NCBI GenBank assembly: GCA_964383515.1
Contig: CAYLIR010000001.1
Location: forward strand, 1 to 29,460
Origin: an uncultured Acidimicrobiaceae bacterium
GTDB lineage: Bacteria > Actinomycetota > Acidimicrobiia > Spongiisociales > UBA5794
Length of the DNA: 29,460 nucleotides
Reading direction: 5' to 3'
In this document: positions 1-8,741 of the stretch, piece by piece
How the letters are laid out: each line of letters starts with the position of its first letter
Numbering within the stretch: position 1 is the stretch's first letter
Program-made: the position numbers and the translations under genes
The notes under the pieces: generated by a model
The model's database searches: none
What the model saw: only the letters and a program-made list of their open reading frames with translations
Told to the model about the DNA's origin: nothing

Positions 1-19
1 CGCTTCGGCTTCTCGCTCC

Positions 20-739
20 ATGACGTCGCTGCGGGTTGCTCTTGGCCTTCTCACGGTCGTTCCTGGTGCGGTGACGGAGCCCACGACGACGGCTCTGCGA
101 AGATCTGTGGTGTGGTTCCCCTTGATCGGGGCCGGCGTTGGCGCATTGGCTGGCTCGATGGCGTGGCTCGCTGGAGTCTGGTACTCCCCGCTCGTTGCAG
201 GCATGGCTGGCGTCACGTCGAGTGTCCTCGCCACGGGGGCGCTCCACGAAGATGGCCTGGCGGACACCGTCGACGCTTTCGGGGGTCGTGGCAGCCCTGC
301 ACGCAGATTGGAGATCATGAAGGATCCGCGGGTCGGCGTGTTCGGCGTCATCGCGATCGTCGTATCGATCATGTTGCGGGTTGCTCTCATCGCAACGGTG
401 CCGCACGATCAGGTCGGTCAGGTGCTGATAGGGACACACGCCTTGGCACGCAGTGCGCCACTGTTCGTGCTCGTGTCCGGTGTCGAACCTGCCGGTGAGG
501 GCCTTGGTCGGGCGTTTCTCGGCCAACCGCAGAGGTCAACAGCGTTCGCTGGCATGGTGGTGGCCGTTGTGATCGGCACGGCGGCTATCGGTGTGCGGTG
601 CCCGATCCTGCTGGCTGCGATTGGAACAGCGTCTGTGGTGATAGCGCATGGTTCGCGCAAGCTGGTTGGGGGTGTGACCGGTGACGTGATGGGCGCTGCA
701 GAGCAGGTTGCGGAGGGCCTTGTACTGCTGGCATTGTGA
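20..739 (+). CDS. cobS: Adenosylcobinamide-GDP ribazoletransferase (cobalamin synthase)
   Basis: Multi-TM protein with TGALHEDGLADTVDAFGG, RRLEIMKDPRVGVFG and C-terminal GGVTGDVMGA motifs typical of CobS. Confidence 0.93.
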   Translation: MTSLRVALGLLTVVPGAVTEPTTTALRRSVVWFPLIGAGVGALAGSMAWLAGVWYSPLVAGMAGVTSSVLATGALHEDGLADTVDAFGGRGSPARRLEIMKDPRVGVFGVIAIVVSIMLRVALIATVPHDQVGQVLIGTHALARSAPLFVLVSGVEPAGEGLGRAFLGQPQRSTAFAGMVVAVVIGTAAIGVRCPILLAAIGTASVVIAHGSRKLVGGVTGDVMGAAEQVAEGLVLLAL

Positions 740-760
740 CCCCGATGGCCAGCGTAGAGA

Positions 761-1495
761 TCAGTTGGCTATGAGACCGTCGAACACTCGGCCGACGAAG
801 TAGGCGAGAACGCCTCCGACAAGACCGAAGCTGAGATTCTCCAGTGCAGACAGGACGGGGCTTTTCCCAGTATGCAGTGTCTTGACCGCACCCACGGCGA
901 TGAGGCCGATCCCCGAGAAGACGCCGGCAAGCACGAGGGCGGTGTTCGTGTTGTCGATGAAGGCGAACGGGAGGACCGAAGGTAGTGAGCCGGAGAGGAA
1001 CAGCAGCCCCGAGAAGACAGCAGCCGCGAGAGGATTCCTGCGCTCGGTATCCACGATCCCGAACTCGAGCGCAGCATGCATCCCGAGCATCGCTTCGTCA
1101 TTTGCATCGATGATCTCTACCACCTGATTCAGATCGTCTCCGACAAGGCCCACTTCGGCGAGCATCTCATGGAGTTGATCCTTTTCGTGCTGGCGATGCT
1201 GGACAAGGTGGACTCGCTCAAGGGCAAGCTCCGCTTCGAAGACCTCTTCTTGCGACTTGGTAGCGATGTACTCGCCCACAGACATCGAGATCATGCCAGC
1301 GATCGCACCGGCCACTCCGGTGAGGAGCACATCCATGGACTCGAGCCCACCGCCGACGACAGCCGATACGAGCAGGAAGGTCGATACCAAGCCGTCGTTG
1401 ACGCCGAGAATGATGTCCCGCATGTATTGGCGCGTAGCACCGATATGGGGCTGATAGCCCGGAGGCGGATTCATCTCGGTTGTTGAACGTGGCAT
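761..1495 (-). CDS. VIT1/CCC1 family Fe/Mn transporter
   Basis: RDIILGVNDGLVS, AGAIAGMISMSVGEYI, Glu/His-rich cytoplasmic insert and C-terminal TM bundle. Start set at ATG 1495 (MPRST), 6 nt after TACAAT. Confidence 0.9.
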   Translation of the reverse strand: MPRSTTEMNPPPGYQPHIGATRQYMRDIILGVNDGLVSTFLLVSAVVGGGLESMDVLLTGVAGAIAGMISMSVGEYIATKSQEEVFEAELALERVHLVQHRQHEKDQLHEMLAEVGLVGDDLNQVVEIIDANDEAMLGMHAALEFGIVDTERRNPLAAAVFSGLLFLSGSLPSVLPFAFIDNTNTALVLAGVFSGIGLIAVGAVKTLHTGKSPVLSALENLSFGLVGGVLAYFVGRVFDGLIAN

Positions 1496-1603
1496 GCCGA
1501 GATTGTAGGAACCACGCTCGGGCACCGGTCATTGGAGCCATGGGAAGGGGCGACTGATCGACCGTAGTTCCCTCAGCAAGCAACGATGCTCTACCGTGGG
1601 GAC

Positions 1604-2836
1604 ATGGACGACGTTCAACGCGCGGCCGACGAGCCGCTACTCCCCGAGACACTCGACAGAGCAGATGAGTACCCACCATCATCGCCATGGTCTCCGCGTG
1701 CGAAGCTCGTGGTCATCGCCATGGCCTTCGTACTTGCTCTTGTTGGCCTCTACCTTGTGCGCAACGTGCTGGCGGTCGCCGCCCTTGCTGCCCTGATAGC
1801 GTTCCTCGTCGCTCCCCTCATCCGGCTGTCGACGAAGTATCTGAAAGTTCCTCGCGGCATAGCGTTGACCATCACCTATCTCATCGTGCTGATCGGCACG
1901 ATCGGATTTGGATATCTGCTGACACGATCGATCGTTGCCTCGATCATCGAGTTGGATCCGGTCGGCCTGATCGAGACGATGCGCGTTGCGCTGCTCGAAC
2001 ACGTCAACGAGCAGGGCCACCTGATCCTCGCCGGTGTGGCCTTGGACATGAACTCCGTCCTCGACTCTCTCCAGACATCCATCGGCTCGGGAAGCGGACC
2101 CGGTGGGATCGTCGTCGACGCTGAACGGGCCCTGGAGTATCTTGGCAGCAGCCTCAGTGGATTCCGGACCGTCCTTGGCATCGTGACAGCAGTGGTTACG
2201 TCCGCGATCGTTACCGGCCTTGTTGCGGTCTATCTCAACGCAGACAGCGAAAGGATGTACGCCGCTGTAGTCGCCAACATCCCGCCTGGCTACGAGCGGG
2301 ACGGCTTGCATCTCATGGCAGCGACCAAGCGTGTCTGGCGCGGCTATCTGTACGGGCAGCTCGTGAATTCACTGATCACCGGGGCGCTCATGTTCATCGT
2401 TCTGTGGCTGGTCGGTCTACCAGGTGCGTTCCTCATGGGTGCGATCATGGTGGTGCTCAACATGATCCCCACCTTCGGGCCGATCCTGGCGGCCATACCA
2501 GGTGTGCTCGCAGCCCTGTTGTCCGGGTCCACGCGGTGGCCGGACCTTGAGAGCTACTGGTTCGCCCTGATCGTGGTAGGCATCTACCTGGTCGTGGTGC
2601 AGCTGCAGGCGAACATCATCGCTCCGAAGGTCATGGGGCAAGCGGTGCGCCTCCGTCCGGCGATCGTGCTGTTGGGGCTCCTCGTCGGGTTTCAGGTGGG
2701 AGGCTTGCTCGGATCCCTGCTCGCCGTTCCTGTCATCGCATCGATTCGTGATGTGGCTGTGTACATATGGCGCAAGCTCATCGATGCGGATCCTTGGCGT
2801 ACGGACGATGCGGCCGAGTCTGGATCTGCGCCTTGA
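1604..2836 (+). CDS. AI-2E family (PerM-like) transporter
   Basis: IAFLVAPLI, YLYGQLVNSLI, LNMIPTFGPI, QLQANIIAPKVMG..V.L.P and GLLGSLLAVPV motifs. Start set at ATG 1604, 6 nt after TACCGT. Confidence 0.9.
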   Translation: MDDVQRAADEPLLPETLDRADEYPPSSPWSPRAKLVVIAMAFVLALVGLYLVRNVLAVAALAALIAFLVAPLIRLSTKYLKVPRGIALTITYLIVLIGTIGFGYLLTRSIVASIIELDPVGLIETMRVALLEHVNEQGHLILAGVALDMNSVLDSLQTSIGSGSGPGGIVVDAERALEYLGSSLSGFRTVLGIVTAVVTSAIVTGLVAVYLNADSERMYAAVVANIPPGYERDGLHLMAATKRVWRGYLYGQLVNSLITGALMFIVLWLVGLPGAFLMGAIMVVLNMIPTFGPILAAIPGVLAALLSGSTRWPDLESYWFALIVVGIYLVVVQLQANIIAPKVMGQAVRLRPAIVLLGLLVGFQVGGLLGSLLAVPVIASIRDVAVYIWRKLIDADPWRTDDAAESGSAP

Positions 2837-4383
2837 CGCGCACCGTTGCGACCGATGTTGCGATCGTGGGCGGTGGGCTCGGAGGGTTGTCCGCCGCGCG
2901 GCACCTCCAAGCCGAAGGCTACGAAGTCGTCGTTGTCGAGCAGCACACCAAACCGGGTGGCTATGCCCATTGCTTTCGGGCTCGTGGATATCGCTTCGAG
3001 GTGGCGCTTCATGCCCTCGATGGGTTGGGCCCCGGTGGATGGGCGAAGCCGATGTTCGCGGCCCTCGGCATCGCCGATACGGTCGCATTCAACCAGTTGA
3101 ACCCGTTCTACACCGTGGCGTTTCCTGGCCTCGAACTCGATGTTTTCACGGGTGTCAAGAGGTACGTCCACACGATGGCCAGCGTGTTTCCCCGGGAGCG
3201 GGAAGGGCTTCGCTTGCTGTTCGATGCGATCGTACGCGTCGGCCACGACGTTGCGCGCTTCACGCGTGACCGTTCCTCCGGCGCGAAGCCCAACCAGATG
3301 CAGATGCTCGAACGGTATCCAGACATGGCCATGGCATTTGCGAGCAGCTGGGCCCAGTTCATGGGTCAGTACCTGGTGTCAGACGAAGTGAAAGCTGTCG
3401 TGTCGACGCTGTGGGGGTACCTTGGCCTACCTCCATCGAAAGTGTCGGCTGGCCAGTTCGCGCTGACGCTGCTCTCCTACCTCTCTGCTGGTGCGTGGTA
3501 CCCGACGGGTGGGTCCGGAGCGATGACCTTCGCCATAGCGGATGCGATCGAACGCGACGGCGGTTCCGTCTTCTTGCGCAACATGGTGACATCGATAGTC
3601 CCTGAAGCGAACACCTCTGTGGTCGTGACGACCGACACAGGCCTTTCCATCCGTGCCAAGGCAGTGGTGTCGAACGCGAGCCCTGCCGATACCGCGGCGC
3701 TCCTTCCTGAGTCTGTTCGCAGCCAAGACTGGGTGGAGAAGGTGGGGCAAGAGGTGCCGGCGCTCTCGACGTTCACGGTGCACCTCGGCATCGACCGCGA
3801 CCTCACCGCCGAGGGATGGGATCATCATGAGTTCTTCGAGATGTGCGGTTACGACATCGAGGCTGAGTATGAAGCCATCGTCCGCGGCGACTTCGCGAAC
3901 GCAGGGATGATCATCTCGAACTACTCGGTCATCGACCCGAGTTGTGCACCGCAAGGCAAGACGGTGATCGTGCTGACGGTTCTTGCCCCCTGGGACTACC
4001 ACGGCGTGTGGGGCACCGGTGGCGACATCGAGGGCTACCAGGACGATCCGCGCTACGTGGCTGAGAAGGAGGCAGTGGCCGAGATCCTCATCGACCGAGC
4101 CACTCGGAGGATCCCCGGGCTCAGGGACGCCATCGAGGTGATGCGGATAGGGACACCCTTGACGAACGCACGCTACGTACGCCAGCCCCATGGTTCGATC
4201 TACGGACGAGAGCAAACGGTCGAGAACATGCTGCATCGTGCACGCCCATCGACCCCTGTGCCGAACCTTTTCCTGGCAGGAGCCTGGATCGGCGGGGGTG
4301 GCATGACGGCGGCAGTCGCATCGGGGAGATCGGCCGCAGGTTCCGTTGCGCGGTACCTCGCAGCCGAACACGCCAGCGCGTAG
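2833..4383 (+). CDS. FAD-dependent oxidoreductase, phytoene desaturase/CrtI-like (retinol-reductase-like) family
   Basis: DVAIVGGGLGGL dinucleotide fold, EQHTKPGGYAH..F...GYRFEV, YPTGGSGAM, TPLTNARY and NLFLAGAW motifs. TTG start overlaps the upstream stop (TTGA, 2833-2836). Confidence 0.85.
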   Translation: MTRTVATDVAIVGGGLGGLSAARHLQAEGYEVVVVEQHTKPGGYAHCFRARGYRFEVALHALDGLGPGGWAKPMFAALGIADTVAFNQLNPFYTVAFPGLELDVFTGVKRYVHTMASVFPREREGLRLLFDAIVRVGHDVARFTRDRSSGAKPNQMQMLERYPDMAMAFASSWAQFMGQYLVSDEVKAVVSTLWGYLGLPPSKVSAGQFALTLLSYLSAGAWYPTGGSGAMTFAIADAIERDGGSVFLRNMVTSIVPEANTSVVVTTDTGLSIRAKAVVSNASPADTAALLPESVRSQDWVEKVGQEVPALSTFTVHLGIDRDLTAEGWDHHEFFEMCGYDIEAEYEAIVRGDFANAGMIISNYSVIDPSCAPQGKTVIVLTVLAPWDYHGVWGTGGDIEGYQDDPRYVAEKEAVAEILIDRATRRIPGLRDAIEVMRIGTPLTNARYVRQPHGSIYGREQTVENMLHRARPSTPVPNLFLAGAWIGGGGMTAAVASGRSAAGSVARYLAAEHASA

Positions 4384-4420
4384 CGGGCACGTGTTCATGT
4401 CTGCGGCTGTGCAGGCTCTG

Positions 4421-6373
4421 TCAGTTGTCCCCTGCGGGATCGGATTGTTCGGCGATCGCCTGGACGACTTCCGCATTGGCCAGTGTGGTCACGTCACCGA
4501 GCACCCGATTGTCCGAGATGTCTCGCAACAACCTCCGCATGATCTTCCCCGACCTGGTCTTGGGAAGGTCCGGGGTGAAGATGATCGTCCGCGGCTTGGC
4601 TATCGCTCCGATCTTCTTCGCGACGTGGCCGCGCAGTTCCTCGAGGAGATCATCGGATTCGTGAGCTGTTGCGCGCAGTGTCACGAACGCAGCGATCGCT
4701 TGCCCCGTGAGGTCGTCCGTTGCACCGACGACTGCCGCCTCTGCGACAGCGGGATGTGATACGAGAGCCGACTCGACCTCCATGGTCGAGATGCGGTGGC
4801 CGGAGATGTTCATGACATCGTCGACTCTTCCCAGGATCCACAGATAGCCGTCCTCGTCGATCTTCGCGCCGTCTCCAGCGAAGTACACGCCGGGGTAGCG
4901 TTCCCAGTACGTCGATACATATCGGGCATCGTCGCCGTAGATCGATCGGAGCATCGAGGGCCACGGCTTCGTGATCGTGAGGAACCCGCCACCTCCAAGA
5001 GGAACAGGATTCCCTTCGATGTCCACGACCTCGGCGAAGATCCCGGGTATCGGCTTGGTCGCCGAACCAGGTTTCGTTGGTGTCACACCCGGGAGTGGGC
5101 TGATCATGATCGAACCGGTCTCGGTCTGCCACCACGTGTCGACGATGGGGCAGTCGTCTCCGCCGATGTGCTCGCGGTACCACATCCATGCTTCCGGGTT
5201 GATCGGTTCGCCTACGGTTCCCAGCAGGCGCAGAGACGACAGATCGTGTCGTTCGGGATACTCGGTGCCCCATTTCATGAACGCCCGGATCGCGGTGGGT
5301 GCGGTGTACAGGATCGTGACGCCGTACTCCTCGACGATCGCCCAGAGGCGATCCTTGTCCGGGTAGTCGGGCGTGCCTTCGTACATGACGCTCGTCGTGT
5401 GGTTGCTGAGCGGGCCGTACACGATGTAGGTGTGGCCGGTCACCCAGCCGATGTCGGCTGCACACCAGTACACATCGCTGTCTGGCTTGATGTCGAACAC
5501 GAGGGCGTGCGTTGTCGCCGCCCCGGTGAGATAGCCACCTGTCGTGTGCATGATGCCTTTCGGCTTGGCCGTCGTGCCGGAGGTGTAGAGGATGTAGAGC
5601 AGGTCTTCTGCGTTCATGACCTCGGGCTCGCAATCGTTCGATTGCTCCGCGACCAGGTCGTGCCACCAGATGTCTCTGCCTTCGGCCATGGAGACATCTG
5701 CGCCGGTGCGCTCGACGACGACACAGTGGTCGATGGAAGGGGTCGATGCCATGGCCTCGTCACAGTTGTCCTTGAGCGGCACGATCGATCCGCGCCGCCA
5801 CGCGCCGTCGCAGGTGATGAGAAGCTTGGCTTGCGCATCGTTGACCCGGTCGATGATCGAGTCCGCGCTGAAACCACCGAAGATGACGGAGTGCGGGGCG
5901 CCGATACGCGCACATGCCAGCATCGCAACAGGGAGTTCGGGGACCATTCCCATGTAGATCGCGACACGGTCCCCTTTCGTCACACCGAGCGAGCGGAGCC
6001 CGTTCGCGAATCGGTTCACCTCGTCAGAGAGCTCCTGGTAGGTGATGGTGCGGGTATCGCCAGGTTCACCTACCCAGTGGTAGGCGACCTTGTCTCCTCC
6101 GTTCTCGAGGTGCCGGTCCAGGCAGTTGTACGAGATGTTGAGTTCGCCGTCCGCGAACCAACGGAAGAACGGAGCATTCGAGTCGTCGAGGCCTTCCTGC
6201 GGCTCGGTGAACCAGGTGATGCGTTCCTTTGCCTGGCGTGTCCAGTAGGCGATGTAGTCGTTGGCCGCTTCCTCGTAGAGATCCGGTTTCGCTACCGCGT
6301 TGTCTGCAAAGTCCCTTGGTGGCGGAAACGTCCTGTTCTCTTCGAGTAGATTCTCGATGCCACTATCGCTCAT
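4421..6373 (-). CDS. acs: Acetyl-CoA synthetase (AMP-forming)
   Basis: LYTSGTTAKPKG, ADIGWVTGH, VGEPINPEAW, DTWWQTETG, GRVDDV and PKTRSGKIMRRLLR (acetylatable Lys). SD AAGGGAGG precedes ATG 6373. Confidence 0.97.
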   Translation of the reverse strand: MSDSGIENLLEENRTFPPPRDFADNAVAKPDLYEEAANDYIAYWTRQAKERITWFTEPQEGLDDSNAPFFRWFADGELNISYNCLDRHLENGGDKVAYHWVGEPGDTRTITYQELSDEVNRFANGLRSLGVTKGDRVAIYMGMVPELPVAMLACARIGAPHSVIFGGFSADSIIDRVNDAQAKLLITCDGAWRRGSIVPLKDNCDEAMASTPSIDHCVVVERTGADVSMAEGRDIWWHDLVAEQSNDCEPEVMNAEDLLYILYTSGTTAKPKGIMHTTGGYLTGAATTHALVFDIKPDSDVYWCAADIGWVTGHTYIVYGPLSNHTTSVMYEGTPDYPDKDRLWAIVEEYGVTILYTAPTAIRAFMKWGTEYPERHDLSSLRLLGTVGEPINPEAWMWYREHIGGDDCPIVDTWWQTETGSIMISPLPGVTPTKPGSATKPIPGIFAEVVDIEGNPVPLGGGGFLTITKPWPSMLRSIYGDDARYVSTYWERYPGVYFAGDGAKIDEDGYLWILGRVDDVMNISGHRISTMEVESALVSHPAVAEAAVVGATDDLTGQAIAAFVTLRATAHESDDLLEELRGHVAKKIGAIAKPRTIIFTPDLPKTRSGKIMRRLLRDISDNRVLGDVTTLANAEVVQAIAEQSDPAGDN

Positions 6374-6474
6374 CGCGTTCCTCCCTTGGTGGTGTGGGTG
6401 TGATTCTCGCGGACTACGCGCGCCAACGCGGCGTTGCAACGCTCCAGCATCAGCTCTCGGGTAGGAGCCGACTG

Positions 6475-7440
6475 CTAGGTGTGTTTCTTGAGCTTGTCCA
6501 ATCCCAACAGGGAGATCACGCCTTGTTCTCGGGATTCCATCTGTTTGGCGAGGGGAATCCCTGTGCCTTCGGCGATGCGGTTCATCATGGCGAAGTTTCC
6601 GAACACAGCCGCTGCGTCCACGAGAGCGTGCGGACCGAGTTCCCCGATGATCTGTTCGCGGACGTCGGTGAGGGGTATCGGGGAGGTGCCTGTCACGGCA
6701 TCGACGAAATGGAGAAGCGTGTTGCCTCCGGGCACGCCGAGAGGGACATCGGGGTTCGCAATCGCTGAGAGGTCGATGTCATAGCCATAGGCGAGTGCGC
6801 TCTCACGGAGCATCACAACATGGTGCGTTGCTCAGTAGAAGCAGTCCTGGTGGATCGACGTACGCGACGCGACCGTTTCGAGTTGCGCCCGGTCGAGGCC
6901 CGGCGTCCGCGCGAACCTGGGTGAGGCCATCTCGGCGAAGGTCATGTAGTGCGGGCCGCACGCTGTGGCGTACACTTCGTTCTCCTCGGGAAGGAGTTCG
7001 AGTGCGACCGTGATCGAGTTCCTCGGCATCGGCACGTAGGTTCTGCGCTTCTTGAGACCGGAGGCGATGTTCCCCGTCGGGTCTCCTGGCATCGGATCGG
7101 GAAGAGGCACCTGGGCTGCACCCAGGGCGAGGTGTGTGCTATCTACGGCGGCGAGCATGGAGACGATGGAAACCGTTTCGACGACGGCGGCTTCACCATG
7201 TGCGGTGACGGCTCCATCGACCATGGTTGCTGAGACCGAACCAGGGTCGTTGTACAGAGTGGTTGCGAGGCGTTCGATGGCATCGGTGGTTGGGGCGTCC
7301 TCGCGAGCGATACTGAGGATCGAGATGCGGCGCGATGCATCGAACACAGGGCCGGGACGTGCAATATGCTCCCAGATCGCTTGGTGTGCGCCACGGAGAT
7401 CGTCGCGTATGGGTACTGGCGATCCTGCATAGGTGAACAT
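6475..7440 (-). CDS. AhpD/carboxymuconolactone-decarboxylase-like protein, probable selenoprotein (in-frame TGA at 6834-6832 read as Sec; 321 aa)
   Basis: ORFs 6832-7440 and 6475-6816 are in the same frame: TGC TTC TAC TGA GCA ACG CAC CAT GTT GTG ATG CTC. This gives LETVASRTSIHQDCFY-U-ATHH, matching the AhpD E..(A)S....CxxC...H motif. Confidence 0.75.
6795..6816 (-). promoter_or_regulatory. Candidate bacterial SECIS hairpin
   Basis: mRNA GUG-A-UGCUC[CGUGA]GAGCG-CAC: 8 bp with one bulged A. The apical loop begins 24 nt after the UGA and has G at its second position followed by U. Confidence 0.55.
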
Positions 7441-7495
7441 GTGGTGAGCGTACTGCGCTGCAGGAGGTTGGGCAGCGAACCTCTCGCCTGCGTTC

Positions 7496-7642
7496 TCAGT
7501 GGACGGAGCGCACAGCGAGCACTCCCAAGGTGAGCACACTCAGTCCGACAACGAGCAAGCGCAGATCCTTGTTCCTCCTCGACGCGAGGAATGCCCCCAC
7601 CGAGAGCACAGCCCACACCATGCCCTGGACGGTTGTGCCCAT
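7496..7642 (-). CDS. Putative 48-aa membrane protein
   Basis: MGTTVQGMVWAVLSVGAFLASRRNKDLRLLVVGLSVLTLGVLAVRSVH has two hydrophobic segments and fills the gap between co-oriented genes. No clear SD. Confidence 0.35.
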   Translation of the reverse strand: MGTTVQGMVWAVLSVGAFLASRRNKDLRLLVVGLSVLTLGVLAVRSVH

Positions 7643-7668
7643 ATCTGTCTTTGGAAGGAGAAAGTCGA

Positions 7669-8178
7669 TCACACGGGGTTGCGTTCGCCTGCCCTGATCG
7701 GGACCGTGAGCCAGTTCTCCTGTGGAGGGAGCGCGCACGAGTACCGGTCGCTATATGCACAGAACGGAGCGTACGCGTAGTTGAAGTCGATGACGGCCGT
7801 GCCGTCTTCGCGGGGGGTCACATCGATGTACCGGCCAGCGCCGTACGTCTCGGATCCCGAGGTCATATCGCGGAACGGCAGAAAAAGGCTGTCGTGGCCG
7901 GTCGAATAGAGGGCAACGTCAACGTCTTCTCCCTCGACGGTGAACCGCGCTCTTGCGACTCGCTTGTAGGTGCGCTCATCGCTGGTCGTCGTGCTGATCT
8001 GGATGTCCGACGGCGCAACTGGTTCGAGGTCGACCTCGAACGCGAAGCTCTCATCCGGTTCGTAGTACGAGAGGCCGGTGAAGTCTCGCTGCTTGTCAGG
8101 TGGGAGCGGAGACTGGGGAGCGAACTTGAAGAACTGGTCCTTCTGATCGCGGAAGTCGAGTAGCTGCGATGTCTGCAC
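7669..8178 (-). CDS. DUF1684 domain protein
   Basis: LFLPFRDMTSGSETYGAGRY, IDFNYAYAPFCAYS..YSCALPP.EN.L and AGE motifs. GTG start inferred. Confidence 0.9.
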   Translation of the reverse strand: MQTSQLLDFRDQKDQFFKFAPQSPLPPDKQRDFTGLSYYEPDESFAFEVDLEPVAPSDIQISTTTSDERTYKRVARARFTVEGEDVDVALYSTGHDSLFLPFRDMTSGSETYGAGRYIDVTPREDGTAVIDFNYAYAPFCAYSDRYSCALPPQENWLTVPIRAGERNPV

Positions 8179-8291
8179 ATGTACCGGAACGCCACCACAC
8201 AGAGCTGTATTCCGCAGGGCCACACAGTAGGGCTGCTCTCGGCACCGGTTGGTATCATCTGGTCGTCCTGGGAACAAGGGAGTGGAAACTC

Positions 8292-8558
8292 GTGTGCTGT
8301 CTATTCGCGTCGATGACCCTGATCGGGCCCCGATTCGGGATATTGCTGTGGTGGCTCCTGGACCAAGACCGGTGGAGGGCAACGTTCTCGAGTTTCTGGA
8401 TAGCGGCTATCGGGTTCTTCTTCGCTCCGTGGACCACGATCTTCTACATGGTCACCTTCCCTGGTGGTATCGAAGGCTTCGATTGGATCATCCTCGGTAT
8501 CGGGGTCGTGCTCGATTTCGGTTCCTACTCAGGTGGTGTGTTCAGCCGCCGTAGGTAG
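8292..8558 (+). CDS. Small uncharacterised integral membrane protein (88 aa)
   Basis: GTG start after AAGGGAG. Sequence CCLFASMTLIGPRFGILLWWLL...FFFAPWTT...GVVLDFGSYSGG is hydrophobic and coding-like. Confidence 0.65.
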   Translation: MCCLFASMTLIGPRFGILLWWLLDQDRWRATFSSFWIAAIGFFFAPWTTIFYMVTFPGGIEGFDWIILGIGVVLDFGSYSGGVFSRRR

Positions 8559-8674
8559 CAGCAACTCCCGTTTCCATAGATGGCATACGCCAGTGCTCGG
8601 CGTGTGACATCCCGCGCAAAGGCAAAGGAATGGTTGTTTTCGGGTTAGGAGTTCCTTAGAAAGTGCGGATTCGC

Positions 8675-8704
8675 TTGACCACGGATTCATCCCTTCCGTA
8701 TGTT
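8675..8704 (+). promoter_or_regulatory. Sigma70-type promoter TTGACC-N18-TATGTT
   Basis: TTGACC at 8675-8680 and TATGTT at 8699-8704, upstream of SD-like GAGAGGA and ATG 8742. Confidence 0.55.
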
Positions 8705-8741
8705 CGAAGTGAAGGGATCTGCCCGAGAGAGGACGCTGCCC

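Noticed and set aside
4796-6349. Long antisense or alternate-frame ORFs (for example 4796-6349 +, 13750-14517 +, 3427-4476 -, 20322-21257 +)
   Set aside because: Shadow ORFs typical of high-GC codon bias, overlapping well-supported genes and lacking motifs.
6475-7440. Interpretation as a nonsense pseudogene or two independent genes
   Set aside because: The stop falls precisely on the redox Cys position, both halves are intact, and a SECIS-like hairpin follows. Recoding is the more economical reading, though not proven.
8603-8618. Possible CRP/GlxR site TGTGA-N6-GCGCA
   Set aside because: The second half-site matches poorly, so it cannot be supported.
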